NCBI GenBank assembly: GCA_963735805.1
Contig: CAVTMK010000004.1
Coordinates: 256,001-320,000, forward strand
Direction: 5' to 3'
DNA from: an uncultured Verrucomicrobiae bacterium
GTDB lineage: Bacteria; Verrucomicrobiota; Verrucomicrobiia; Chthoniobacterales; UBA10450
DNA length: 64,000 nt
In this document: positions 27,538-37,590 of the stretch, piece by piece
Layout of the letters: each line of letters starts with the position of its first letter
Position numbering within the stretch: position 1 is the stretch's first letter
Made by a program: the position numbers and the translations under genes
The notes under the pieces: generated by a model
Told to the model about the DNA's origin: nothing
Databases searched by the model: none
The model's input: only the letters and a program-made list of their open reading frames with translations

Positions 27538-27999
27538 CTAGTGCAAACAATGGGCAATCAAGCCACCAGCCCGCTCCAGAAATTCTCGGTCCTCTTCGCC
27601 AAACGCGTTCAACTTGTCGCTCTCCACGTCCAGGATTCCAAGAATGCGCCGGTGGTCGTTGTTCCTCATCGGGACAACAATCTCCGACCGCGTCGTATGA
27701 AACGCAGGGAGATGGCGCGGATCCTTGTGTACGTCGCCGACAATGATCGGTTTTCCCGAGTCTAACGCGGCGCCACATAGCCCCTGCGTAATCGGAAAGC
27801 GGGGATACGTCGGCGGCTCGTTACCTGTGCCGGCGAGAATGACAAATTCATCTTTAACGATCTTGTAGACCGCCAGCCACCGGTAATTGCGCGCCGCACG
27901 AATCATTTCCACAAGTTGCTTCATTCGTTTGCGAGTGCAGCCTCCAGCGAGCGCAAACGCACCGATCTCCTGCAGCTTCTTGCAAGTGGCTTCCTTCAT
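27538..27999 (-). CDS. Stand-alone GAF domain protein (MsrC/YebR-like)
   Basis: GLCGAA, IVGDVHKDPR, RSEIVVP, GILDVES. Confidence 0.85.
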   Translation of the reverse strand: MKEATCKKLQEIGAFALAGGCTRKRMKQLVEMIRAARNYRWLAVYKIVKDEFVILAGTGNEPPTYPRFPITQGLCGAALDSGKPIIVGDVHKDPRHLPAFHTTRSEIVVPMRNNDHRRILGILDVESDKLNAFGEEDREFLERAGGLIAHCLH

Positions 28000-28048
28000 T
28001 CGAGGGATAGCAATCTTGCGCAAAAACAAACCAAGCGCGAGCACGATT

Positions 28049-28885
28049 TCAACTCTTTGCGTTCAACGCTTGCTCAATGATGATCTGGGCAAAACCGGGG
28101 TCGGTGCCGATCGAAGGGGCATAAAACAGCAAACGATCGTCGATCTTGTATGGGTTTTGCTGGAAAATCGCGCCGCCCGCTGTAGCCGGGGACGCTGACC
28201 TCGGTCGGATGCGGTCAACACCCGCGTCTACAACAATACCAATCAATTTCGGTATATCTTCGTAGCTATGGAGTCCGTCTGAGATAAAAAAAGGAACCAC
28301 GACCGCATTGCGAGTCCTCGTCAATTTCCGCCAATTCGAAACCAGTGGCGGTTCTTCCATGTAAACGTTCAGCACCGCGGCGAATTTTCCGAGCGCACGG
28401 ATCTTTTCTGCTTCCCGTTTTGCCGCGACGGCGCTGTTTTCGTTCAAATCCGTGCCATGTGCCACGATGAACAAGCTGGTCTCGGCGGGGTCGACGCCAG
28501 GTGCGATCGCAGTTGCACGTTCGAGCAGCAATTCCGTCATTGCCGGATGATTCCCGACCGGCTGACAATATTTCCATATTTGCCCGCTCGGTCGTTCTGT
28601 TGTGGAGCCATTCAGCTCCAGCTCGCGGGGGATCACCGTCTGCGTAAAATAGCCTTCGCTGATAAAATTCGGCACCACGCAGACTTCCCGAATCGATTCT
28701 GGATCGAACAAAAACAAAGCATCTCGCAAGCTCGGTTCTTCCTTCCAGAACGCGCAACCGACATCAACGAAAATTCTCCGACGCCGAATCTCTGCGGCAT
28801 GCGCCAGACTCGGCGCGCTGGAATCAGGGTTCACGGTCGAGCCGTGAGCGACGATTAAAAGGGCCGTGTCTGATTTACTGAGCAC
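28049..28885 (-). CDS. CbiX/SirB-like chelatase-fold protein (DR2241 N-terminal type)
   Basis: LIVAHGS, FWKEEP, VVPNFISEGYF, second AHGT...VVPFFISDGLHSYEDIP; GTG 28885 preferred since the ORF extension to 28945 is repeat-derived. Confidence 0.85.
   Translation of the reverse strand: MLSKSDTALLIVAHGSTVNPDSSAPSLAHAAEIRRRRIFVDVGCAFWKEEPSLRDALFLFDPESIREVCVVPNFISEGYFTQTVIPRELELNGSTTERPSGQIWKYCQPVGNHPAMTELLLERATAIAPGVDPAETSLFIVAHGTDLNENSAVAAKREAEKIRALGKFAAVLNVYMEEPPLVSNWRKLTRTRNAVVVPFFISDGLHSYEDIPKLIGIVVDAGVDRIRPRSASPATAGGAIFQQNPYKIDDRLLFYAPSIGTDPGFAQIIIEQALNAKS
28181..28232. repeat. GTAG-type REP-like element in-frame in the CbiX gene
   Basis: TGTAGCCGGGGACGCTGACCTCGG...CCCGCGTCTACA, with inverted TGTAG/CTACA ends. 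Confidence 0.6.
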
Positions 28886-28890
28886 GACGA

Positions 28891-28967
28891 AACGCTCAAC
28901 GTCCAACACCAAAGGTTCAACATCCAATTTAATTGAGGATTGCACGTTGAGCGTTGCGCGTTAGACC
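28891..28967. repeat. Inverted arrays of degenerate heptamers between divergent genes
   Basis: AACGCTC AACGTCC AACACCA AAGGTTC AACATCC, then TTGAGGA TTGCACG TTGAGCG TTGCGCG TTAGACC. Confidence 0.7.
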
Positions 28968-28981
28968 TCTAAACTTAGGTG

Positions 28982-30022
28982 ATGCGTTTCCGCACTTATA
29001 AAAACACCGACCTTACGGTTAGCGAGGTTGGCTTTGGTTTGTGGACGATTTCCACCGGCTGGTGGGGGAATTTCACCGAGGGTGAGGCGATTGCTCTCAT
29101 GCGCAGGGCGTTGGACCTCGGTATCACTCTGTTCGATGCCGCGGACACATACGGAAATGGATTAAGCGAGGAGCTGATTGCCAAAGCGTTTCCGAACCAG
29201 CGGGACGAAATCGTGATCGCAACCAAGGTCGGCTACGATTTTGTTCATCACGGTGAGGCGCGCGGTCGTGGTCAGCGCGAGATTCCGCAGGATTTTTCCC
29301 CGGAAGCGGTGACGCGCGCAACGGACGCGGCGCTTAAGCGCCTTAGGACGGATCGAATTGATCTTCTGCAACTGCACAACATCCGGATGGAACAGGTTTA
29401 TGACGAAGCGCTCTGGACGACGCTCGAAAAATTGAAGTCCGGAGGGAAGGTTCGCTTTTACGGAATTGCACTTGGTCCAGCGATCGGCTGGCTTTACGAG
29501 GGGGCGAACTGTATTCGCGAGCGTGATATCACCAGCGTGCAACACATTTACAACATGCTTGAGCAGCATCCCGGGCGCACCATGCAGGATGCGGTCACCG
29601 AGAAGGGCAAAGACACTATGTTTCTTATCCGCGTGACGCATTCGTCTGGAATGCTGGAAGGAAAATACACTGCGGAAACAACGTTTCCGTCAACGGATCA
29701 TCGAAGCCATCGGCCGCGCAGTTGGTTGCTGAATGGAGTCAAAAAGGTGGAGAAATTGCGCTTCCTTGAAAATTCCGAGCGCACACTTGGGCAAGCGGCG
29801 TTGCAATGGTTACTTGCCGACGATCGCGTGGCTTCGACGTTGCCGAACATTTACAACGAAGAACAGCTAGTTGAATTTGCGAAAGCGCCGGATTGCCTGC
29901 CGCTAACAGCCGACGACATGACGAAGGTCGAGGAACTCTATTCCGAGAATTTCGGCATCGAAGAAGCGCCGGCGAAGTTCAAAGGCACCATGGAGCTGCC
30001 GGAAAAAACAGCGGCCGCATGA
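28982..30022 (+). CDS. Aldo/keto reductase
   Basis: VSEVGFG, FDAADTYG, IATKVG, LKRLRTDRIDLLQLHN. Confidence 0.93.
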   Translation: MRFRTYKNTDLTVSEVGFGLWTISTGWWGNFTEGEAIALMRRALDLGITLFDAADTYGNGLSEELIAKAFPNQRDEIVIATKVGYDFVHHGEARGRGQREIPQDFSPEAVTRATDAALKRLRTDRIDLLQLHNIRMEQVYDEALWTTLEKLKSGGKVRFYGIALGPAIGWLYEGANCIRERDITSVQHIYNMLEQHPGRTMQDAVTEKGKDTMFLIRVTHSSGMLEGKYTAETTFPSTDHRSHRPRSWLLNGVKKVEKLRFLENSERTLGQAALQWLLADDRVASTLPNIYNEEQLVEFAKAPDCLPLTADDMTKVEELYSENFGIEEAPAKFKGTMELPEKTAAA

Positions 30023-30084
30023 CTATAGTCGCAGGGCGTTGACCGCGATTTGGTTAGAATTGCCGAGGTCTGCGCTCTCGGCAG

Positions 30085-32014
30085 CTAATCCGACTCGTCT
30101 TCATCTTCTACCGGCTCGGCGCGGCGAATCTCCGGTTGCTCGCGAACTCGATGCTGTCGTTGGGTGATTACCTTTTCGCCTTTGTAAATTTCTTTGAAAA
30201 TATCGGCAATCATCGGGGCAGCCGCCGACCCTCCATGCACTTTACTGCCGACGTCTCCCTCGTAAACCGCCGCGAACGCATATCGCGGTTGGTCGGCTGG
30301 CAAGAATCCGGCGAACCAGGCAGCGGTGCGTTCTTTATTTTTGGGTCCCCATTGGGCCGTGCCAGTTTTACCGGCCACCTCGGCATTATCGAGGCTGGCT
30401 TGATGCGCGGTGCCGCCCGCGCCATTCACAACGTCGACCATTCCGGTGTGCACTTCGTCCAGCGTCTCGGATGAAAGGTTTAGCGTTCTCTTCGCTCGCA
30501 CCTGATAGGCAGTAACTATTTGGTTATCGAACGTCTGCACCTGTTGAACAAGCCGTGTTTGATACAATGTGCCGCCATTGGCCACAACGCCCATTGCCTG
30601 CGCCATTTGCAGCGGCGTCACCTGCGTGTCTCCCTGGCCAATTGACATGTTTGCGATGTCGCCGTTGAGCAACCTGCGACCATGCGTTGCCTTCATGTAT
30701 TCATCGTTGGGAACGCGGCCTTCCGCTTCGCCGCGCAAAGGAACACCGCACTTTGCGCCAAAGCCCAGTTGTAAAGCCCAATCGATGATCGGTTGCGCGC
30801 CGGTTTTTATCCCCACCTGATAAAACCATGTGTCGCAAGATTCGGTAAGCGCCTGGACGAAGTTCAGTGCGCCGCGGTTGCCTTTCTTCCAATTGTGAAA
30901 AGTGATGTTGCCAATCTGGATTGACGGAACGCATTCGTATTGATCGTCAGGATACACGGCCCTGGCTTTCCAGCGCTGCGATGCCAACCGCAATTTTGAA
31001 GGTCGATCCAGGCGGATATGACGAACGATACGCTCGCGGCAAAAGCGGAATGTCTGGATCGTTCTGCAAAACTTTGAGTTGTTCGGCCGAGATCGATGGG
31101 ACAAACAGGTTTGGATCGTACGTAGGCCAGGAGGCCAACGCCAGAATGTCGCCATTGTTTGGATCGATAATCACAATGGCGCCACGTTTTGCCTTTGCTT
31201 CCAGCGCCTTTTCAGCGAGTTGCTGAAGATGCAGGTCAAGCGTGGTGACCACGTTGTACCCGGGGTCAGGCGGAGTAATTAGTTTTTCGGAGGTCTTCCG
31301 GCCATCTTTATCAAATGTGAGTTTGTATTCGCCGTGCTTGCCTGTGAGCATCTCGTTAAACGTTTGCTCGAGTCCTTCGCGTCCTTCCGTTTCAGGCCAG
31401 AGTGTCTCGTGATTGTCAACGATGCCGTCGGGGTTTCGCCCGGTCTTGCCGGTGTAGCCGATAATTTGGCCGGCCACTTTTCCGTTCGGATAAACGCGCA
31501 CGTAGATCGGCCGCACCATGACCCCGGGCGGCGGATCGTTTTTGATCTGTTCGTACTCCAACTGACTAAGATTCTGTGCGATCTCCAGCGGCATGATTCC
31601 CCGGTTGTGGTAATGACGAAGAATCGCTTCGTCAGAAATCCTGAGTTTGCGACCAATGAGCCTGGCAGTTCTGTCGATCTTTTCCCTGGCGAAGTTGAGT
31701 ACCTGCGCGTCGGAAAAATCAAGCGGCGTGGGGAAATTGATGGCGAGATTGTAACTAAGACGATTTTGCGCAAGCGGCTCGCCATTGCGGTCTGTGATCT
31801 GGCCGCGCGGCGCTGGAACATCGAGGATGTAGGTGCGCGCCAGTTTTTGCGTCTCGAATGTCGGGATGATCGCCTCTTCTTCGTGTGACTGTGCGCTCGG
31901 AGTCGCGCTGGACACAGCAGATGGCGCCAGCACCTGGGCAAACGCTGAAGTGAGCGTTGCCTGGATCGAGAAGACGATCCACAAACTCCCCAAAATTCCC
32001 CAGAGCGACTTCAT
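30085..32014 (-). pseudogene. mrdA: Penicillin-binding protein 2 split by a single frameshift near 30961 (true lesion or sequence error)
   Basis: N half: [11 protein letters not shown]...PPGSTFK (SxxK). C half in another frame: SCD (SxN position) and KTGT. Removing one C from the CCC run at 30960-30962 gives ...AALESQAVYPDD... Confidence 0.85.
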
Positions 32015-32048
32015 TCGAAAAAGTGAATCTGCAACATCTACAGGTAAA

Positions 32049-33689
32049 TCAATGCTTTTGCAGGAATTGATGCACTTCTTCAGCCAACTTTCGGCCAATC
32101 CCTTCCGTGGAAGCGATTTCCTCCACCGTCGCTCTACGCAGCCGATTCACCGAGCCAAATCTTCGCAACAGTAAGCCTTTGCGGTTCTGACTCACCCCGG
32201 GGCAATCATCAAGAATGCTTTCACCGACGCGTTTCTTCATGAGTAGTTGATGATAGGCATTCGCAAACCGATGCGCCTCATCGCGGATGCGTTGGAGCAA
32301 TCGCAACGCGCCGGAGTCCATTGGAAGTTGGAGCGGAAGCGCCCGTCCGGGGCGGTAAATTTCTTCCCGTTCCTTGGCCAGACCAATGATGGGAAGATCG
32401 TGCAAGCCTAATCGCTGCAATTCGCAGCACGCGGCGGAGAGTTGACCTTTTCCACCATCGACAATGATCAGGTCTGGCAAGCGGACGGCAACCAAACCTT
32501 CGTCATTCCGAACGGATCGCCGCGGAGTCGATGAATCCCGCGAAGTTAGGTGTGGGTTTTCCAAAGGGGTCCCTCGACTTTGCTCGGGATGACGGGAAAT
32601 TCGCGCCACTGCATCGGCTGCATTCTCCTGCGAAAACTCGGCCACATCCGAGTTTGCGCCGCGTGCGTCCAGCAAAACACGTGAATACCTGCGGCGGACC
32701 ACCTCGGCCATGCTGGCGAAATCGTCCTGTCCCTCTACTGTTCGCACTCTATAACGCCGATAGTTATCCTTGTCCGGCACGCCATCCCGAAAACAAACCA
32801 TCGACGCGACAACATGCGTGGTGGAGATATTTGAGATATCGAAACATTCCATGACATGCGGCACCTGCGGCAACTGCAGTGCATCAGCCAATGCGCGAAC
32901 ATCCGCCATCGGATTGATCGTGCTCGGCAAGCTACCACGGGTGAATCGACGCATCGGTCTTGTCGTGCTGCGCAAGTCTTCAACCATGTTGCGTAGTTCA
33001 GCGGCTTTCTCGAAATCCATTTTCTTGGCCGCTTTACGCATTTCCTCTTCCAACGTCGCAATCATTTCCCTCGATTTGCCCTCCAAGAATTCAGATGCTT
33101 GCGCAATACGCTCGCGATATTGCTCCGCGCTAATTTCACTCAAACGCACCGGCACCTGATACGTCGCTGATTTCAGCTCGCGATCGGTGGGCGAGCCCCG
33201 CCCAAATGTGAGAACCCCAAATTTCTTGCGCATGAAATTCAGTGTCTGCCGCAGGGCCCCGGCATGCGCATACGGACCGAAGTAGCGGCTGCCATCGTCC
33301 TTTTTGAACCGGGCGAGCCGAAAACGCGGCCATTCTTCAGAAAGATCGACCCTGACCAGAAGGAACCGCTTATCATCGCGGAAGGAGACGTTGTAACGGG
33401 GACGGTATTCTTTGATCAGTTTACCTTCGAGTAAAACGGATTCTGCTTCGCTGCGAACTGTGTGTGTCTCAAAATCCCATGTCGCGTCGAGCATGGCGCG
33501 CGTTTTCAAATCGGCCTGAGCCAGCTTGGAAGGTAGAAAATACGAACCCACTCGTTTGCGCAGGTCCCGCGCTTTTCCTACGTAAATCACGCGATTGAAT
33601 CGGTCGCGCATCAAGTACACACCAGGCTTGTGCGGCACTTCGTGCACCTTTTTTTGCAAGTCCGGCTTCTCTTTTGCTAACACAGCCAT
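32049..33689 (-). CDS. uvrC: Excinuclease ABC subunit C
   Basis: PGVYLM...VIYVGKA GIY-YIG, UVR domain, ECFDISN, DDFASM, PDLIIVDGGKGQL, RDEAHRFA, HhH. Confidence 0.97.
   Translation of the reverse strand: MAVLAKEKPDLQKKVHEVPHKPGVYLMRDRFNRVIYVGKARDLRKRVGSYFLPSKLAQADLKTRAMLDATWDFETHTVRSEAESVLLEGKLIKEYRPRYNVSFRDDKRFLLVRVDLSEEWPRFRLARFKKDDGSRYFGPYAHAGALRQTLNFMRKKFGVLTFGRGSPTDRELKSATYQVPVRLSEISAEQYRERIAQASEFLEGKSREMIATLEEEMRKAAKKMDFEKAAELRNMVEDLRSTTRPMRRFTRGSLPSTINPMADVRALADALQLPQVPHVMECFDISNISTTHVVASMVCFRDGVPDKDNYRRYRVRTVEGQDDFASMAEVVRRRYSRVLLDARGANSDVAEFSQENAADAVARISRHPEQSRGTPLENPHLTSRDSSTPRRSVRNDEGLVAVRLPDLIIVDGGKGQLSAACCELQRLGLHDLPIIGLAKEREEIYRPGRALPLQLPMDSGALRLLQRIRDEAHRFANAYHQLLMKKRVGESILDDCPGVSQNRKGLLLRRFGSVNRLRRATVEEIASTEGIGRKLAEEVHQFLQKH
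32502..32593. repeat. Complete GTCATTC-type palindromic element in-frame inside uvrC
   Basis: GTCATTCCGAAC...GCTCGGGATGAC termini; encodes RHPEQSRGTPLENPHLTSRDSSTPRRSVRND. Confidence 0.75.
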
Positions 33690-33764
33690 GCGGCTGCAAA
33701 TCTACGCGAGAAGCGGGCATCTGGAAATCGCCATAGCCTACCAACGGCGAATGTGCGTACAGCA

Positions 33765-33795
33765 AGCGCCCGCGAACTTTGTCGCGGGCGCTTTT
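33765..33795. terminator. Hairpin between the secreted-protein gene and uvrC
   Basis: AAGCGCCCGCGA-actttg-TCGCGGGCGCTT, 12-bp stem. Confidence 0.6.
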
Positions 33796-33820
33796 GATTT
33801 CTGACAGGAACGATTTTCCG

Positions 33821-34252
33821 TTAAGGTCTTGTTGTCGTCGTAGTGGTTGTTTCCTCGTGCTTGATCACTCCCGCCGGGCGGCTCAACACCACTTTACGCA
33901 CCATTACCCGGTCACCAACCGTCGTGTAATAAACGGTTGCCGGCATGTCTGGCCGAACGGCCGACCAACTTACGGTGTGGCCTTCGGGATCCACAATGGC
34001 CGTGTCTCTCGTGTAGTAATAACGCACTGGGGCCGCAGACGGCGCTGTTCGGAACATGAAATAATCCGAATCCGGCGTATACGTCACGATCGTGCCGGCA
34101 CTGTTTGTCGTTGTTGCTTGAGTTGTCGTTGTGCCGGTTACCGGGTCCGCTGTCGTTGTCGTTGTCGTAGACTGCTGCGCGAGCACAGTTGCAACCGCTG
34201 TCGTACAAACCAAGGCAACTGCCAACATTTTCACTAATCTCGTTTGTTTCAT
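33821..34252 (-). CDS. Small secreted Thr-rich hypothetical protein
   Basis: Signal peptide ending VLA-Q; poly-Thr ends flanking a beta-rich core; AGAG upstream. Confidence 0.75.
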   Translation of the reverse strand: MKQTRLVKMLAVALVCTTAVATVLAQQSTTTTTTADPVTGTTTTQATTTNSAGTIVTYTPDSDYFMFRTAPSAAPVRYYYTRDTAIVDPEGHTVSWSAVRPDMPATVYYTTVGDRVMVRKVVLSRPAGVIKHEETTTTTTTRP

Positions 34253-34421
34253 ATTTATCTCTCTGCTTTGATTGAATGGATGTTATCCATTGAGTATTTC
34301 TCCGGCTCGCTGGCGCCAGAGCTTTTTCAGTTATGTCCTGATATCGTAAATTCAGCCTTCTGTGGCCGCATCGAGGTGCACAATCATTTTCACTGCATTA
34401 GAGCAACCTAGCGACGTGTTT

Positions 34422-35672
34422 ATGCAAGCTTTACCCGGTTTTCGCGATTTCTTGCCCGACGAATGCGCTGTGCGTAACTATATCTTTGCTCGCTGGCGCG
34501 AAGTCACACGGCGTTATGGGTTCGTTGAATGGGAGGGTCCCGTTCTTGAACCAACCGAGCTCTACAAAAAAAAGAGCGGCGCGGAAATCGTCGATCAACT
34601 TTTCAATTTTACTGATAAGGGGGAACGGGAAGTTGCCATGCGTCCCGAGCTCACGCCCTCGCTTGCTCGCGTGGTCGCCACACATGAACGCGGGTTTAAG
34701 AAGCCGCTCAAATGGTTCTCCATCGGTCAATTTTTCCGTTACGAAAAACAACAGCGCGGAAGATTGCGCGAACATTTTCAACTCAACTGCGATGTTATCG
34801 GAGAAGCGAATCTTGCAGCCGATATCGAGTTAGTGGCGCTCTGCATCGACGTCCTGCGGGCATTTGGGTTCACCGAAAAAGATTTTGTCGTAAGAATAAG
34901 CGACCGGGATTTCTGGACTGATTTTTTGCGCGAAAAAGGTGTCTCTCCGGAAGATTGGGGTGAACTATTACAGGCCATCGATAAATCCGCACGCGAACCA
35001 CGCGAGAAAACGGCGGAGAAGCTGGGCAAACTTGCCGATCCGATCTTCTCAATTCTAAAGAGCGGCGGGAAGAGCCAGAAGCTCGACCAGCTTGTTGGTG
35101 GCCTTCGCGAGCGCAGACTTGCCGATTACGTGGCGATCGATGTCGGCATTGTGCGTGGACTGGCCTATTACACCGGTATCGTATTCGAGGTGTTCGACCG
35201 CGCCGGGAAATTTCGTGCCATTGCCGGTGGCGGCCGTTACGACAACCTGATCGCGCAACTTAGTGATGGCGATGTCTCCATGCCGGCGCTCGGTTTCGCA
35301 ATGGGCGACGTTGTTCTGGGCGAGTTAATCAATGAAACAGCTCACGGGCGCCAGAAAATGGAGAATGCAATCGCGAACGACCGGAAGATCGACATTTATG
35401 TGGTTATCGCAAAGGAACAGCGCCGGGGCGATGCGCTTGCGCAAATTCAACAATTTCGCGACCGCGGCTATCGAGTGGATTATCCACTCACGACCGAAAA
35501 GGTTGGCAAACAATTCCAAACTGCCGAGCAACTTGGCGCGCGGGTTGCAATGTTGTTTGGCGATGAATGGCCCCAGGTGAAAGTAAAAACGCTAGCCTCG
35601 CGGGAAGAATTGCTTATCGACAATCACGAGTTGCAATCGCACATTGAGCGTGTTCTTTCGCGGTCATTCTGA
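34422..35672 (+). CDS. hisS: Histidine--tRNA ligase
   Basis: PGFRDFLP, MRPELTPS, FRYEKQQRGRLREHFQ, VRGLAYYTG, GGGRYD, anticodon-binding domain. Confidence 0.96.
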   Translation: MQALPGFRDFLPDECAVRNYIFARWREVTRRYGFVEWEGPVLEPTELYKKKSGAEIVDQLFNFTDKGEREVAMRPELTPSLARVVATHERGFKKPLKWFSIGQFFRYEKQQRGRLREHFQLNCDVIGEANLAADIELVALCIDVLRAFGFTEKDFVVRISDRDFWTDFLREKGVSPEDWGELLQAIDKSAREPREKTAEKLGKLADPIFSILKSGGKSQKLDQLVGGLRERRLADYVAIDVGIVRGLAYYTGIVFEVFDRAGKFRAIAGGGRYDNLIAQLSDGDVSMPALGFAMGDVVLGELINETAHGRQKMENAIANDRKIDIYVVIAKEQRRGDALAQIQQFRDRGYRVDYPLTTEKVGKQFQTAEQLGARVAMLFGDEWPQVKVKTLASREELLIDNHELQSHIERVLSRSF

Positions 35673-35746
35673 GCGAAGCAAAGGACCGCTCCTAATTATT
35701 TGCCGTCACCCAAATTCGAGAGATTTTTCGCTCCGCTCAGAATGAC
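35663..35746. repeat. Complete 84-bp palindromic element between hisS and aspS
   Basis: Perfect 13-bp terminal inverted repeat GTCATTCTGAGCG / CGCTCAGAATGAC; contains the hisS stop codon. Confidence 0.85.
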
Positions 35747-35764
35747 ATGCCTTCTGTGGTAGCC

Positions 35765-37540
35765 ATGTATCGCACGCACAATTGTAATTCACTTCGCAAG
35801 AGCGACATCGGCAGGCAGGTCAAGCTCGCTGGATGGGTAAATGTCACGCGCGATCACGGCGGCGTAATTTTCATTGATCTCCGTGATCGCGAGGGCCTGA
35901 CGCAAATCGTGTTTCGACCCGAGGAAAATACGCAACTGGCGAAGCAGGCGCATACACTTCGCAGCGAAGATGTGATCCAGGTTTCCGGTCATGTGGCTGC
36001 GCGGCTGCCGGGCACAGAAAATTCAAACCTTGCCACTGGCGATATCGAAATCATCCCAGAAGATCTGACGATTCTGAATCGGGCGGACGATCTGCCGTTC
36101 CCAATTGACGCCGAACCGCACAACGAAGATTTGCGGATGACGCATCGATACTATGATTTGCGCCGGCCGCGGTTTGCGCGCAACCTGCGGCTGCGCCACA
36201 TCGCTGCGAAGGCAACGCGCGATTATCTCGACAGCCAGGGTTATGTCGAGGTTGAGACTCCGATTCTTTCGAAAAGTACTCCGGAAGGGGCGCGCGATTT
36301 CCTGGTGCCAAGTCGAATCACGCCTGGAAAATTTTATGCGCTGCCACAGGCGCCTCAGCAATACAAACAACTGCTGATGGTTGCCGGCGTGGAAAAATAT
36401 TTTCAGATCGCGAAATGTTTTCGTGACGAAGATTTGCGGGCTGACCGGCAACCGGAATTCACTCAGATCGACATCGAGGCATCATTCGTAACTCCGGGCG
36501 ATATCTTTGCCGTCACTGAAGGCATGCTCGCAGCAATCTTCCAAGCCACGCGCAACATCGAGATCAAGACGCCGTTTGAGCGGTTCACCTATCGCGAAGC
36601 AGTCGGCCGCTACGGAAGCGATAAACCAGATCGCCGTTTTGCCATGGAACTTGTAGATCTCGGCGAAATTTTTCGCGAGAGCAGCTTCAAAGTTTTTCGT
36701 AACGCGCTTGAATCCGGCGGCGTCGTTAAAGCCATTAACGCAAAAGGGTTTGCCGGCATCACCATCGGGCAGGCGGACGAATTAACCGAGATTGCGAAGT
36801 TGTACGGCGCGAAAGGGCTCGCCTTCATTAAGATTGAGAATGGCGAATGGAAATCACCCATCGTGAAATTCTTTTCAGCGGCTGAAAAGACAGCCCTGCA
36901 ATCGAAACTGAAAATCGAGGAAGGCGATTGCGTTTTCTTCGGCGCCGATAAATGGGAAATCGCCTGCGAAGTGCTTGGACGATTGCGCTTGCGCATCGCA
37001 GAGATGCAAAAGCTTACGTCTGTTGGCGAAATCTGGGATTTCCTCTGGGTCACTGATTTTCCGCTGTTTGAATGGAGCCCGGAAGAAAACAAATGGAACG
37101 CCATGCATCATCCCTTTACCCGGCCGAAAGCGGAGGACATGTCGATGTTTAACGAAAAGAAATTCCCCGATGTTCGTGCCGAGGCGTACGACGTCGTTTT
37201 GAATGGTGTCGAGATCGGTGGCGGCAGTATGCGAATTTACGAGCCGGAGTTGCAGGACAAAATGTTTGAGGCTCTCGGCATCAGCCCGGAAAATCGGCAA
37301 ATGCAGTTTGGTCACTTGCTTCGCGCACTGCATCTTGGGGCCCCGCCCCACGGAGGAATCGCGTTCGGCTTTGATCGCCTGGTCATGCTCATTGCCGGCG
37401 AACAAGGTATTCGCGATGTGATAGCCTTCCCAAAGAACAATCGTGGCATGGATATGATGTCGAATTCACCAGCAGACGTTGATGCTAGACAGTTGCGCGA
37501 TTTGGGAATCAGGCTCGCCGGCACCACGAAGCACGAATAA
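35765..37540 (+). CDS. aspS: Aspartate--tRNA ligase, probably non-discriminating (Asp/Asn)
   Basis: MYRTHNC, RDHGG (His) and RLPGT (Gly) as in ND-AspRS, TPEGARDF, FRDEDLRADRQPEF, GAPPHGG. Confidence 0.97.
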   Translation: MYRTHNCNSLRKSDIGRQVKLAGWVNVTRDHGGVIFIDLRDREGLTQIVFRPEENTQLAKQAHTLRSEDVIQVSGHVAARLPGTENSNLATGDIEIIPEDLTILNRADDLPFPIDAEPHNEDLRMTHRYYDLRRPRFARNLRLRHIAAKATRDYLDSQGYVEVETPILSKSTPEGARDFLVPSRITPGKFYALPQAPQQYKQLLMVAGVEKYFQIAKCFRDEDLRADRQPEFTQIDIEASFVTPGDIFAVTEGMLAAIFQATRNIEIKTPFERFTYREAVGRYGSDKPDRRFAMELVDLGEIFRESSFKVFRNALESGGVVKAINAKGFAGITIGQADELTEIAKLYGAKGLAFIKIENGEWKSPIVKFFSAAEKTALQSKLKIEEGDCVFFGADKWEIACEVLGRLRLRIAEMQKLTSVGEIWDFLWVTDFPLFEWSPEENKWNAMHHPFTRPKAEDMSMFNEKKFPDVRAEAYDVVLNGVEIGGGSMRIYEPELQDKMFEALGISPENRQMQFGHLLRALHLGAPPHGGIAFGFDRLVMLIAGEQGIRDVIAFPKNNRGMDMMSNSPADVDARQLRDLGIRLAGTTKHE

Positions 37541-37590
37541 ATTGCCTGCTTTTCTCGTTAGCGACTAACGCGAAGCGCATTTCACCCGCC

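Noticed and set aside
30960..30962. Programmed frameshift or phase variation in mrdA
   Set aside because: Only a 3-base run, with no slippery heptamer or long homopolymer.
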